A stretch of 54,467 nucleotides of DNA from assembly GCA_026026165.1 (NCBI GenBank), contig JAPEUD010000074.1:62001-116467 (forward strand). Direction: 5' to 3'. This document shows positions 29,360 to 42,377 of the stretch, piece after piece. The notes below the pieces were generated by a model. It had not been told where the DNA came from. It ran no database searches and saw only the letters and a list, made by a program, of their open reading frames with translations. Position 1 is the stretch's first letter. Each line of letters opens with the position of its first letter. Source of the stretch: Sarea resinae. Its lineage: Eukaryota. The position numbers and the translations under genes are program-made.

Positions 29360-29385
29360 CGAGGTCGAGGTCGAGGTCGAGGTCG
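29360..29385. repeat. (CGAGGT)4 hexamer repeat
   Basis: cgaggtcgaggtcgaggtcgaggtcg, read directly. Confidence 0.85.
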
Positions 29386-30651
29386 GGCCGGATTCATGGC
29401 GCTTGAAACTTTTTCTTCTAGAGCCCCGCGAGAGAGAGAGAAAGAGAGGAGAATGTAGGTGCGGGCAATGTGCGTGATAGGGCTGCTGTACGAGTAGAGT
29501 TGCTATCTACAGTAAAGAGAAAGGTGAGGTGAGGGGCCCGTTCGGCGTAGTGAGGCCGAAAGGCCGGAAGACAAAGGACTGGCGCACGCGGCTCCTGACT
29601 TATGAGACGTTCGACGGAGTTTGTGTACTTCTTCACTTTTTCGTCCAACGTCTACAGCTCCATCTCGTTCGGCCGAGGCAAGTTGATTCCGTTTCAAGGT
29701 AGTATCCATATCATTTCTCGCGCGTGAATGGTATATTGTCAGAAACGACGACGACCTGTGTACCTAGGTACGTATATGCAATGCAAGAAAAAGAAAAGAA
29801 CAAGGAAGAAACCCCCCCACCCCCCGCCCGACTCCAACCATCCATCCAATCCATCCAAACCAATTATGCCGCTAAAAATACCGACACGATTCTTCGTTCG
29901 GTCTCGTGGTCCCCGAACTCGAGACCACCACTGGGTTGTCACAGACTGCCAAGCTCGGATTTTATTTGGCGGATCTGGATTTGGCCATATCGAGATGGAC
30001 AAGCAAAGGAGAACGTGAAAAGGCGAATAGGAAGATGTGATATAGAAGAGAAATGAGTAGCGAGGGAAGAATTCGAGGAGATTGGAGCAGAGTGGTGAGG
30101 ATAAGGAGGGGGTGACCGGTCGACTTAGAAGACGCTGGCTTGGGATGCAGAGATTGAGCTTCCTTGCCATGCTTCAGATCCCCACTTTTGGTGAAAAGGA
30201 GGCTAGTACGTAAACGGGTACGTACACATGAAAGTGTATGAAATGTAGAGATCAATCAAAGGGGCCACTTGATTCGAGACAGAGGAGGCGATGGATGATG
30301 TCTCGCTCATAATGGAGGGGGGCAGACTCTAAGTCCGCTTTTTTGAAAGGGTCAGTATTATTTTGAGCTTTGTGAGGTTTGCGGGTGCATCCGGAAATGG
30401 GATGAGTAACTAGTCGCTTGACGTATGGCGAGAATGATGGATTCAAAGATAAGGAAGGCTAGCTGCCAGAAAGACTTTGACTAACAGGTTGCCCGAATTT
30501 GCTGCGAAGGCGCTCTGGTATGTTGGCCCTCTCATCGTGAGCGTTGCCCGCTGAATTGGCGAAAAGGAGTAATGCTGCAATTGAATCATCGCTCCTGTTG
30601 CATCATGACGCTGAAGAGTACAGAAGCAACCAAGCCAAACGCCGCAAATAG

Positions 30652-32448
30652 TCAGAGCAGCGTGCACGGATTGCCAGCATACCTGATCAAAGAGCAGATG
30701 ATGTTAGTACGGCTGAGCTGACTTCACCTCGATGAGACGGAAGAGGACACTAACCATCGCTGAGCCTCAATCCGTCGTACCCAGCGCGCCGTAATCTTCA
30801 CGCGTTCCCTTACGCTTCGAGTCGGCAGCAGCTCGTACTTCTCCTCGTCGGAGATAGGCAACACGCTGGCAAACCAATAAGGAAAGAGCGCGGGGTCATT
30901 AGGGGGGTGGCCATATGCTTCAGGCACGTGCTGATGCAACCAGGGCGCGGCATTGTTTTGCATCTTGGTGACGAAAGCGAGGCAGATATTAAGCAGCTCG
31001 CGCGTTGGAAGCCGATCCAGCTGCGCTAGAAGGTCTGTCTCGTCCGGGACAGGCTCACTCGATGTCTCAGCCGCTTCGAGCCTCTCCTCTTCAGCTAGAG
31101 ATATGTCGTCCACTCGCTCGATTTGCCCTACGGTGTATCCGTCCAACATATCCCAATTCTTGACACGGAAACGCGATACCCCCACGGTCTCTATCAAGCT
31201 GCGGCCATCCGCCAGCATTTGCAGGTTGACAATATGAAGCAGGGTCCCATATTGTCTGAAACTAGGGGTTCTCATCCCCTCTGGAGTTTCACCGGAGGGA
31301 TTGTACATGACCATACCAAATTTTCGATCTCTGCTTTCGATGGCGCGGCGAATCATGAGGCGGTACCTTGGCTCGAAGACATGCAGGAACGTAGGCATCG
31401 TTGGAAAGGAAAGCGTGCAGACGAAAAGAGGCGTGTCGATTCCGTCAGAAGGACTTTGTTCATCAATAGCAAGTGCCTCTTCCCGTGCCGCCACATGATC
31501 TGGACAGATGCTGCTGAGAATAGTCGCTAACCTCTTGTTACTCGGCTCTTGTTCGAGTGATGCAGGAATAGCCAACGTCCTCCGACAGATGGGACATATT
31601 TTTGAATGATCCAGCACCCGTGCTAGACATTTTCGACAAAAAGTATGACCACAGGATGTTGTAAGGGGATCGATCATTAGAGCATAGCAGACTTGGCAAT
31701 CAAGTTCACCCCGGGCCGCTTCTTTCAAGTGCTCCAGAACAGCAATGTCAAGGTGCTGAAAATCGTCCCCCTTTTCTGACACGACCTGGTACGAGACTTC
31801 AGATCCGTATTGTAGCTCTCCCATCTCGGCAAGCGTATAGGTCGCAATGAGCCGCCCACCGTGCAGGACTTGAGAACGTGGCGATTTTCTAATCAAAGAT
31901 TCATCCATATCCCACGAATGATGTACTTTTTCTTCAAGCAATGTCGGCGTATCAGTGGTAAGCTCGCGATATCGTTTTATCTCTGCCCCGAGCACGTCAA
32001 TGAGCTTGCTCAAAGTAACATCCAGGCTGCAATCGGCCATAGAATGCTCCTTCCCGCAAGTCGTGAACGGGCAGACGAAGCCTTGCTGTCGAAGTGGTGT
32101 GTTCGGATAGGATATATTTTCGCGGACATACGTCTCTGGCAGACATGCCCGGCACAAAGAGTTGCCGCATGGCAGGGTCGTCGGAGTCCTCAGCGGATAT
32201 GAGCAGTGTGGGCACTGTGCCAGTCGAATGACAGCCCTAGCATCGTGATGGGCGTCCAAAGCTCGGCGATCCCCAACGAACGGGACGGCTTCGCTGTTAC
32301 TCATGGAAACAGTCGACTCCGTGGCCAAGTCGTTGAACTGCCCTGCACCGTCCGTTGCGGCGGGTAGAGGCACCCTTTTCGGTTGTAAGAAGTTCATCCA
32401 GTGCAGTATTCGCGCTTGGCCGCTCGCATCTGTAGTCGAAGAGACCAT
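30652..32448 (-). CDS. Two-RING-finger + LON N-terminal (substrate-binding) domain protein, CrgA/LONRF-like; terminal intron 30683-30754; ends WYAGNPCTLL*
   Basis: CPHC...PCGNSLCRAC and CQVC...CGHTFCRKC...CPIC RINGs; PTFLHVFEPRYRLM LON domain; GTTAGT donor, CTAAC branch, CAG acceptor. Confidence 0.88.
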
Positions 32449-34853
32449 CTAATGGTGGTTTGGAGAAGAATCCGATATATGTGTGGTGTGCTTTGTCGAA
32501 AACCTGATAGTGTGTAGACCTCGGGAAGTCTGTCGTTGAATGGGACAAAGATTGTTGACCAGATATAGAAGGTATTACGTTATTCCAATTTCAGCTGGCA
32601 AAATGTCCAGATGGAGCTTCGTAGAATAATGATGTTATGCTATATCCATGAATCGGGCTCTTCGCGCATACAGTGCGGATTCGGACTTGTCTCCATCAAA
32701 AGGCGCCACTGAGGCGGAGGAGGGGCTGATTTGCCGGTGTAGCAAGGCAAAGGAAGATAGGGAGGACGAAAGCCACCGCAGGGCTCTGGGTGCTCTGGGC
32801 GTAGATGGAACGATCAACGACGACAAGACTCGTGCTCCGACTTCCCTTGGATAGACGAACGTACAGTACAGTACCGGGGAGCTAGCCAGCTAGCTACTAT
32901 GGCTGGGCAAGTAGAAGGTGAGGCGAGACGAGGTAGGTGCTCTCGCACGAGTCGAGAAGATCAGAGTAATGGCGATGGAGTAATAATGCAATTGATGTAG
33001 TGGTAATAGGGAATGGTAGTGGTGGTGTAAATGGTGGGGTCGTCATCAAGCGGGACCGCTACAGACAGAGCTGATTATGCGATTATGCCCTGCCCTTATG
33101 CCTCAGGGCAAGTCCCAAGAGGTGTTGAGTGGCATCGAGAGAGAGTGACAGGAATAATGCGGAGTGCATATGTACCATGGAGTCCTCTTTTCCTCTCCAT
33201 CTGCCAGCCAGTCCCGTTGGGCAGGATACTGCTGCCTGGTGATTCCTCGGGCTTCCAGGCGGACGATGATTGTTGATACCTGGGGCCATTCGCAGTTCGC
33301 CCGCAGAGAAGCGGTAAATGTCTATGAAGTACTACGTAGTACCTCAGGTACTCGGGAGTACTGCGTACTCGCTGTACTGCGGTGCGAATCGATGTCGTCG
33401 TTCATCTGGACGCCATGTCAGACGCGTCAATCAGTCGCCCGGAGAGGACAAGCTCGCTCGCTTGATCCGACCAGCTCGATGTCTGATTGGCTCGCTTCCA
33501 TGTCGATCCGTCTCTGCATCATGAATGAACGTGAGCATCGAAGTCTCCCAACGCCATCGACGATCGCCATCAGCCTTCGACCATCGACCATCAATCGACC
33601 ATCAGCCATCAGCCATCAGCCCTCGTCGTCAGGGCGCCCTTGGCCATGAGGACGAGCAGCCTCCAACGGAGGGTTCCAGCTCCTACCAGCTACCGGGTTG
33701 CTGCTTTCGGACGGTACTCGTATTCATCCATTGATGCCCCGTGAGCACTCACAGCGCATGGTAGGAAGCATCTACTGTACAGAACGAAGGAGTCTAGGAA
33801 GGATCCAGATGAGCAGATGGGCACATGGGCATTGACGATGACTACCTTACCTCGTCAAAGATCGCAAAGGTTGATTGATGGTGGAGATAACTCTATTTGC
33901 GGTGCCTCGAGTACCTCGTACCTGTTAGGTTCCATGCAATGTGAAGGGGAAAATGGAGTACTCGGAGTATGCGAACACTTCGTACTTCCCACAATGGCCA
34001 CCAGAGCACCTCAATAATCATGTCCCAGGAACAACAACTCTAACTCCTCTGACAACCCCCAAGGTTGGTCTAGACTGCCGAGGAACGGACTGTGCTGTGG
34101 GAGGTGATGATGCATGCATTCCATTAGCGTGCGTCCCGAGGCCGGCTATTCCTTATCTGATCGGCAACAGTGCACGACTCCCCGAAACCCTTGTCCCCTT
34201 CTGAAGACCATGATGAGGAAGCGACGTTATGCCTAATACAAGATATGCTGCGACATCCATCTCCCCTCTCGCCGCTCAAGCACTCGGCCTGACGAGGCTT
34301 GCAGGCGTCATGGATTGCCTTTGGTCTCGTGCTTCAGCTATGACCGATCGAAGCTTGAGCAAGCACTTCGTGAGACTTATCTCTCCGAGTCATGCCTCAT
34401 GTACCTGAGAGACAATGTCCGGAAAAAGAAATACCCTACCGTGAAGATATATGGTTATGCCGGTAGATACACTTCGAGGTTTTAATGCCGTAGAGAGAAA
34501 GGATTGCTGGACTTTGAGGGTCGATAAGATCTCAAATATATGATTTATCAGACAAGCTACCTCTGCTAAATCTCACTATCCAAGACATCACTATCGCAGT
34601 TGTTCCCTCCAACCCATGGCCTATACTGTCGAATATGGATGCGTAAGCATTTCTCCTAGCGTAGCCCCGAACGCCTTGACCAATGCTTGCCCCCTTTCTG
34701 CGATAACACCCCATGAAAATGTAAATCGGAAGATCTCGAACACATATAGCTGAGCTTGTAAATCATGCAATGGGGCTATCTCTTTACGAATAGAAGCAAC
34801 ACCTCAAGGCTTCGATAAAGGGGAATAGCACAATGACCGGTGGCCGTTGAACT

Positions 34854-37800
34854 TTAAGGGGGCGTGCCGTTAGGGGACACATCCTGCTCTTCGTATCCTG
34901 ACGACTCATCTTCTTCGAGCACAATCTGCCGTAAGACGCCTTTGTCGAACAGGTCGATGACAAATCGACGAACTAGGAGCCGGAAATGATGGCTTTCGAG
35001 AACGGTCATGACCTTGTGGAAGAGATGAGGTTGTTGAAAATATTCTGGCTTCTTGACTTTGATACTATAATAGAATAAGCTTGCAAATCTAGCCACATCA
35101 GGATTTGTGTCGCTTACTTGTGCAAGTCCGTCGCGGCTCTTTTTGATAATACAGTGTTTCCTAAATCAACCACTAACCCGAGGATACGAGCGTTCATCGG
35201 ATCCTCATCAGTGACGGCCGCTTTCAAGCGATTGAATGCTAACTCGTTGACTGCGTCATTTGGTGTATTGTACCATGGCTGGATCTTCAACGTGAGTTAG
35301 CTAAGTGAGACTGACGGCAAAAGGATATCACTTACGGAGAACAGCTTTTGGAGATCCAAAGGCATGCAAAACCCAAGAGACTCTCCCATTGAATTCGTGG
35401 TCCCATCCCAGCCATACTCAGCTAGAATTTCAAGACCGTGCAAACTCCGTGATATAAGACCCAAAGTGAAAAAAGCCGTCCCTCGCATGGTCATAATCTC
35501 CGAGTTCTCTGCGATTCTGACCACCCATTTGACCACGTCGGTCTCTTCGAGAAAGGGAGCCCCTAGCTCCATGGAACCGACATTGCCGACGGCCCATAAG
35601 CATCCCTTCACTTTGAGGATCGTCTCTGGGTCGTCATTCTCTAGGCCCAGATCACGAATGGTCGAGACAAACTCGTTGAAGTGTCCTTTCTTCCTAAGCA
35701 GCTTGCAGCCCTCAGTCGTTCGAGTCAACTCCCTGTAAAAGTGTGGGGGGACGAGGCCATAGTCTTGATGTTCGGAGATATCATCTGAGCTTGTTTGGGG
35801 GCGTTCCGCTGGATCCATGAAAGCTTGCGCCAACGATGCTTCGACCAGCGTCACATATGAATCATTTCGTCCCTTAGAGTGTAAGTATGTTTTGAGCCTA
35901 ATAATGCGAAAGTAAAAGCACTTTCTTACCAGGAACCAGTCGTCCATCTCTTGCATTATGTAGTCCAGACCGTCAAGATAATGATACCCTACCGACGTCG
36001 AGAGGAAGCTGCATAGGTCAGCGAATAATCCAAAACAATAGCATCATTTGACTTACCGCAGGAGCAATGGAGCACCTATCTCACCAAGATGGTCTAAAGC
36101 CGGGCGACATTTAACCACAAACTCGAGGCAGTGTTTCCGATTGCAAGCCTCCTCAAGGATTTTTACGGCAACCCCACAGACTTCCACGTCAGGATCGTAC
36201 AGCTGCGTCACAAGAAGCCGAATTGCCCATTCAGCGTTTTCTGTTCCCGTAGTGGGAGATTTCGAAGAAGTGATATTGCCTGTAGCGTATTTCCGCAACA
36301 GTTTTGTCGAATAATTCCGGATTTCCTGAAGCACAACGTGAGCGATGCAAGCCTTAAGAAGAAATCGAAGACCAACCTTAGAGCATGTGGTCAAAGCTTT
36401 TGACAGGATTACACGAAGATGACTGTCCCTAAAGGATGTCAGACGTTTATTTTCGAAGCGAACGACGTGACTTACAGAGTAAAATCCATATTGATCAATA
36501 ATGTCCTAATCAGATCATCTCGGTCTGGTAATTCAATGATGTGATAGAACATATTGATGATATGCCATCTCTCCATCATCTGGAGCCCTTTGGGATCGCT
36601 GCTTAGCGTGCCCAAAAGAGCAAAGTATCCGCCCGACATTGTTTCTAGCAACCGACTCGGCGAAAACAAGGGTGAGGCCGAGGTTAAACCACTGGTCTGC
36701 AGATGATTAGCAAACCCAAATATTGCTAAATTGTCGGCCATTGGCGACCAAGGCGACGGCGACTTCAATTTCAAATTCGAGTTATTATCAGAGGATGTCT
36801 TACCCTGTCTAGTTGAGCGAGACATTCGGCAATTTGCCTCAGGAGCTTATTTTCAGCAATGTATTTGACTCCGTCCGGGTTCTTCAGCAAGGTTCGCAGG
36901 AGAGAGCATCCAACTCGGACGTAGCGCTGGTTTGGTTTCGTGTTCTTGGCGTTCGCAAATCGAAATTTGAAAGGCCGGTAAAATCCAAACAGGCGTTTTA
37001 CAAATTTCGAGGCTTTGATAGCTTCATCTAGACGTTTAGGATTAAGCAATGGCCCTTCGATGATACTTTCTATAAGATCCCACTTCCACTTCGTATAATT
37101 GACGGTATTTAGAACATGAGTTTCGAGTAGAAGACTCCGAAATGAGCCCTCATCAATCTGGATGCCGAGGCCTGATTTAGTTTGTTCGTTCTGCCGGGCT
37201 GAGACTGGCTGTTCCTCGCCATCAACGATGGCAGTGACAGCTGGTATCTCCACGGCCGGACCCGATCGATACAACGTGCGGTTCACGCTATCGACTTGGT
37301 AAACGGTACTCGTCGCAACAAAGCGGCTTGGTGCGCCAAAGCTTGAACCCAAGGAAAACAATTCTGGGAGTGCTTGGAGGTTGGCACTCCAGGTAGCAGG
37401 CAATAAGCGATTTGCCAACTTGAGGACCTCGCCGAGGAGTAGGGTCGTCTTCCTTTTCAAGGTAGGATCTGGGGAGTCCTCCAAGACGTGAGTCAGGGCT
37501 TCGACAAGGCCTGCCTTGAAAAAGACAGCAAGGATAAGGGCTGTAAAATGTTCAACGAGATTCATCTTGCTGCCCTCCTCTTCTGGGAGGGGTATTGACA
37601 AGGTTGGGTTGAGGTCAGGTTTAAGATTGGCAACCCTTCCGTAGGTAGTCAATCGTCTCCCTGCTAGGAATGAGGACGACCAGGAGGGCGGTTTGATGCG
37701 TAAGATATCAAAGAGGAGATCCAGAAGGACGCTTCTCAACTGGGGTGCAGGAAAGTATAGGGCTGAGAGTAGGGACTTGATTGGAATGAAATCGGTCATA

Positions 37801-39224
37801 GACAGTGTCATGATGCCCGGCCATGTCTTCAACATCACAGCTATGACCTTCGCGTTGGTCCTCAGACGAGCTTCATGGCTATATATGGCTAAAGGGTCGG
37901 TGAAGACTGAGAATACAGCTTCGAGCTCATGTCCAGATCGAAAAATTGCTCGTCGACTTGGGAGATCCAGGAGATATAGAAATGCGGTCACTAAGGATTC
38001 AGAAGCTTGGTAATTGCCTTCTGCAAGGGTGTCGGCCAAGGGGCCAATTCCTCCGGCGGATACTAACAGCGGTGGATTTCGTGTCAGTATTTCTGCAAGC
38101 GTCAGGAGGCATATATTCCTCAAACGATCCTCCGGGTTTTCTGCCACAGCCACAATGGTTCGCACAACGGCGCAAGATAGCTCGTAAACGCCGTCTTCAA
38201 CGTCTAAGAGGGCGCGAACCAATTTCAAAGCTTGCTCTCTTTCCACGCTTGCCTTTCCCTCTTTCACAAGGGACAATATGACCAAATAATCAGTCTGTAA
38301 CTCCCGAATGATTTGTACAGATCGCCGATCGGTTATTGCATATCGTGTCAACCTGTATCCGGCTGCAACAACTTCCCTGCTGTCGCTCAAGAGCATGGTC
38401 TGGATTCGTAGGCCAAAAACAGACCAAGCCAAATCGTACTTCAAGTAAGGATGACGTTTGAAAAGCTCAACTAAACTGTTGGATCGTTCAACATAGTAAT
38501 CTGGAGGTAGGCCCTCTGCTTCTAACGCCTGAAGAATCTCAGATAACACATAAGTGGGTGATTCCGTCTCCAAATCTAAACCTAGAGGATTCGTTGCTGA
38601 ATCCGGGACATCCCTAGAGGCGGGTAGAATAGCGTTACCCCGGAGAGGGCTTGAGAGCCTCCGAGGTGGACTACTTGGCACTTTCGACCGTTGAATTTCC
38701 TCCTTGAGTTTATCTTTCAGTTGCGCAATCTTGCGATTCGACGAAGTGAGCTCGCTCTCGACTTTCAACCTTTGGTCTTTGGTTTGCTTTGGGTTTTTGG
38801 CATGCAGAGCTTCCAGTAGATTCTCGGATCCTATTTTTATTTTTGTTTCCTTATCAATCTCGTCTCGAAATACAGCCTGTCTGCGCACCGTCTTTGATGA
38901 CTCGTCGTCCTCCTTGAAGTCCATTCCAGACACTGCTGAAATATCAGACCGAGGGAAACCGCCTCTGGGATTCGACGTAATCTTGAGCGCCGAGCTGAAG
39001 CTGCCAGGGGCTGGGGCAGAAGGCGCGGTAGAGGCCCCTTTGAAAGCCAAGCCCATGCTGGCGTTGGACATGGACCGGCCCTCGATTGCAGGCCTCGAAG
39101 GCGGCCATAGCCCATCTCGATCATATTCTCCACTTCCCTTCGTATTCGACATTGAGCGGGCTTGAGAGAATGAAGTCTTTCGGGCCGACGCCGCGGGGGA
39201 GTCGGATACGCTTGGAGGCCCCAT
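34854..39224 (-). CDS. TORC2 subunit RICTOR/Avo3/Ste20 (pianissimo-like), multi-exon
   Basis: HR1-like IDKETKIKIGSENLL; RICTOR_N-type EREQALKL, SSSFLAGRRLTTYGR; LVTQLYDPDVEVC; KGCLWAVGNVGS; RGTAFFTLGLIS. Confidence 0.9.
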
Positions 39225-40452
39225 GGGAGTCCATCTACCGTGTTGTGCTCAACCTCCAGAGTAGAGCGGTAGTATTAGGATCATACGGTCGAAGCATTGG
39301 CGTGGTCCCAGCGCGGTGCTAGAGCACGAATGGTGGTCGTGAATATTTAGGCCAGAAGAGAGTTGGCGGGCAGATGTGCTGACAAGTATAGGTAGAGATT
39401 GATGCTTGTACAGGAACGAGACGCGATATCGTCGTATTTGACAGGTGGATTCATGCGGTCTTCACAGAAGATCTAGGCCGTCGGGCTAATGGCTCATGAT
39501 GGTTTGGAAAGAATGGAGGCAAACGTCCAGAGTCGATGCTGGTGGTGATAATATGAGATGGTAGCCCTTGGTAGGCTGAACGGGCCGTGTCGTGCAGTTC
39601 CCTTGTAGGTAGCCTTAGCCTTGGCTTGAGTGTTCAAACGACGGGACTGGGGACGTGGGGTGAAGCGACTTGGAGGTTTGGTTGGAACGTCACGCGAATG
39701 AAATGTCACCACTCTTGCTGTACGATGTGACTACGGAGTACACCGAGTACGAAGTACATTGATCCAATAGTAGGTACATAAGGTATCGTACAGGGTGCAT
39801 ACGATCTTCAGCCCTTTCCCTGTCTCTGACCGAAGGGTCCCCAGCAAGGTAAAATGTCCTAGAAGATGACAAGAGTTGTCCCTTGAGCAGTCTTCGACTC
39901 GGCCAATATTGGCTGCGTTTATAAGACGAGCGTCTATGTACGATGGCAAGCAGTAGTATTATTCTCCCGTGGATCTATAAATAGACGTGCGCGGTCCAGT
40001 ATGTATCAGACAATCCCAAGCTGAACCTGCTTCTTACGAGACAAGCCTGAGAGATCATCTACAGTTTTACGCAGGCTGACCCTTGAAAGCTGGATAGCAA
40101 GTTGAAACCGTCTACAGTGAACAGCGACTGGCTATGGCAACCTTATTGCCTACATTGAGAACTTGCGTAAGATCTGAGCCTGGAATGAAGCACAAATTTC
40201 AAGAGCATTCACCACATCCGCAGCCTCAATTGAGATAATGGGAGGACTCCCATTGATTGCCTGACTCGTAGAGCAATTGTCACTGGCGACAGTCGATCCT
40301 GAATTTTGGTCATCAAGTAAATGGCTCTCTCGGGTTAATACAGAAGCTTCTCGATTGAGTATCAATCCTACCATTCAGGATTGGCATTTACTCCTCTAGT
40401 CAGACAGATATACAAGAAGGAAAATGGCTCGAATGCAAAAGATATCCAGTTC

Positions 40453-41077
40453 CTACATCGACTTCGCCTTAATGAATTCCGCCTTCACCTCCGGTAGCTC
40501 CGCAATCTTCGTCTCCCCAGCAAACTTGACCACGTTCTCCTTATAGGGATGCGCTAGACCCTCGAATGCTGCATAGGCCTGTCAGAATTGATTCTTTCCC
40601 GCCATATGGCCACAGAATGCTGAACCACGCGGAGCCTCATACCTTTCAATCGCGCCAGCCTCTTGTCCCTTAATCTGTTTTTCGGTAGCATCCCGCTGAC
40701 AGCCTTTCTCAAAACCTCAGCTCCACCCCATTTTGCAAACATATTGTCCATTGTAATCTCCTTCAGGGCTCCTGGTCGCGTCGAGTGTCGGTAGTACTTC
40801 TTCTGAAAGCGCTTCTTCCCAGTCGTATGCAGGTCATGGCATCCCACGGCCACGACATAGTCGCCACAGTCTGTCGAAGGATCCCATATTGGCTTGTGCT
40901 TGCCCATCAGAGCGATGGCTATTTGGGAGGCTATCCGGCCCAGAGACCGAGAGTCACTGCCGACATCAATCAGATGCCATGTGCGACTGTAGGCCAATCG
41001 TGTCTATTGTATCATTCAGCCAAATTCCTCAACACATGTCAAGAAAGCAAACACACCCTCCCCACGGTTTGCGACAT
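40453..41077 (-). CDS. MRPL23: Mitochondrial ribosomal protein uL13m, 3 exons
   Basis: MSQTVGR|TRLAYSRTWH; LGRIAS; LMGKHKPIWDPSTDCGDYVV; RKAVSGMLPKNRLR; AFEGLAHPY. Confidence 0.93.
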
Positions 41078-41415
41078 GCCCGCAAGTCGTCTCTCCGATA
41101 GCCTGTTGAAGGAGTCTGTGATAATCGATTGATGGAGTTTGAGATCTCGCAAACCCTCGGCGTATTCAAAGCGTGAACTTTCTCTCCACGGGGGTTCGCT
41201 CGCTAACCAGGATTGATTGCTGACTAATACAAGTCGTGATTCGGCAAGCTTCGATTTCAAAGCCTACCCCACATCCAGCATCATAAACATGGACTCAAGA
41301 TTTGTTGCGACGGAGTCAAAATCCCCTCATCTAATGATTCATTGGGATCCAGATTAAATTACTTGCGGGGCTTGTACATCAGTAGAGGTCTTTTCACTAG
41401 CATCCTGAAAACAAC

Positions 41416-42377
41416 ATGACCGTCACTCCATTCCAGGTTACAATTCACTCCACATTTACCAAGAGGCCGCACTAACAACTCATCCAGACTGTTTTTGCGG
41501 TGCCTTTGAGCTGTCAGGGCTGCATCAAAGAAGTGACTACCTCATTGCATAACCTTAGCGGTAATATTCCCAAACAGCTCCCTTTATTCAACCTACATAC
41601 GGGCTAACGATGCTGTCAAGGCATCAACAAAGTCGACGCGGATCTGAATCAACAAATCATTGCTGTAGAAGGCACAGGTCCGTAGATAGCCAGTCCGCTC
41701 GTGAATCTTTATGCTGATCTCTCGATCTAGCCCCACCATCTGCCATAGTTGCAGCAATACAAGAAATTGGAAGAGATGCCATACTGAGAGGTAGTGGCAC
41801 TACCAATGGTAAAGTTCAGACTCGGTCACTCACTCCTGTAAGAGCATCATAAACTAAGAGTCAAAAAGGCGCGGCGGTTTGCATACTTGAAACCCACTCT
41901 TCGGCGGTCCAAGACCATGTCCGTGGCTTGGCGCGCATGGTTCAAGTTTCCCCAACACTTACTGTCGTGGACCTGACGATCAAAGGACTATCTCCCGGGA
42001 AATACTATGCCACAGTTCGTGAGACCGGAGATATATCTCATGGGGCACGCTCTGCAGGAGGAGTCTGGGATGCCTTGCAGGCAAAAGCCGAGGGCGAACG
42101 GCCAGTGAAGGGCATATTTGGAACGTTAGAAGTCGGATCAAATGGAAGGGGCAGCGTCTTTTTGGATAGACCAATCCAAGTCTGGGAGATGATAGGCCGC
42201 AGTATGGTCATATCCAAAGAGCGCGACGGGCCTTTCAAGAAGGAGGATCCGAACACACTGGTTGGGGTTATAGCTCGAAGTGCTGGTGTATGGGATAATG
42301 ACAAGACAGTATGCTCGTGCTCGGGGATGACAGTCTGGGAGGAACGTAAGGAACAGGTAGGCAAAGGCATGATGTGA
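41416..42377 (+). CDS. CCS1: Copper chaperone for Sod1 (Lys7/Ccs1), multi-exon
   Basis: MTVTPFQ|TVFAVPLSCQGC HMA domain; GRDAILRGSG; AAVCILE; GVIARSAGVWDNDKTVCSCSG. Confidence 0.93.

Noticed and set aside
29545..29570. GTAGTGA-GGCCGAAAGGCC-GGAA resembles hammerhead ribozyme stem II and core
   Set aside because: The catalytic core needs CUGANGA and GAAA, but here it is GUAGUGA and GGAA, and I found no convincing stems I/III. It is only a 4-bp GNRA hairpin.
40150..40374. 74-aa minus-strand ORF just downstream of MRPL23
   Set aside because: No recognisable motif; probably 3'UTR or intergenic.
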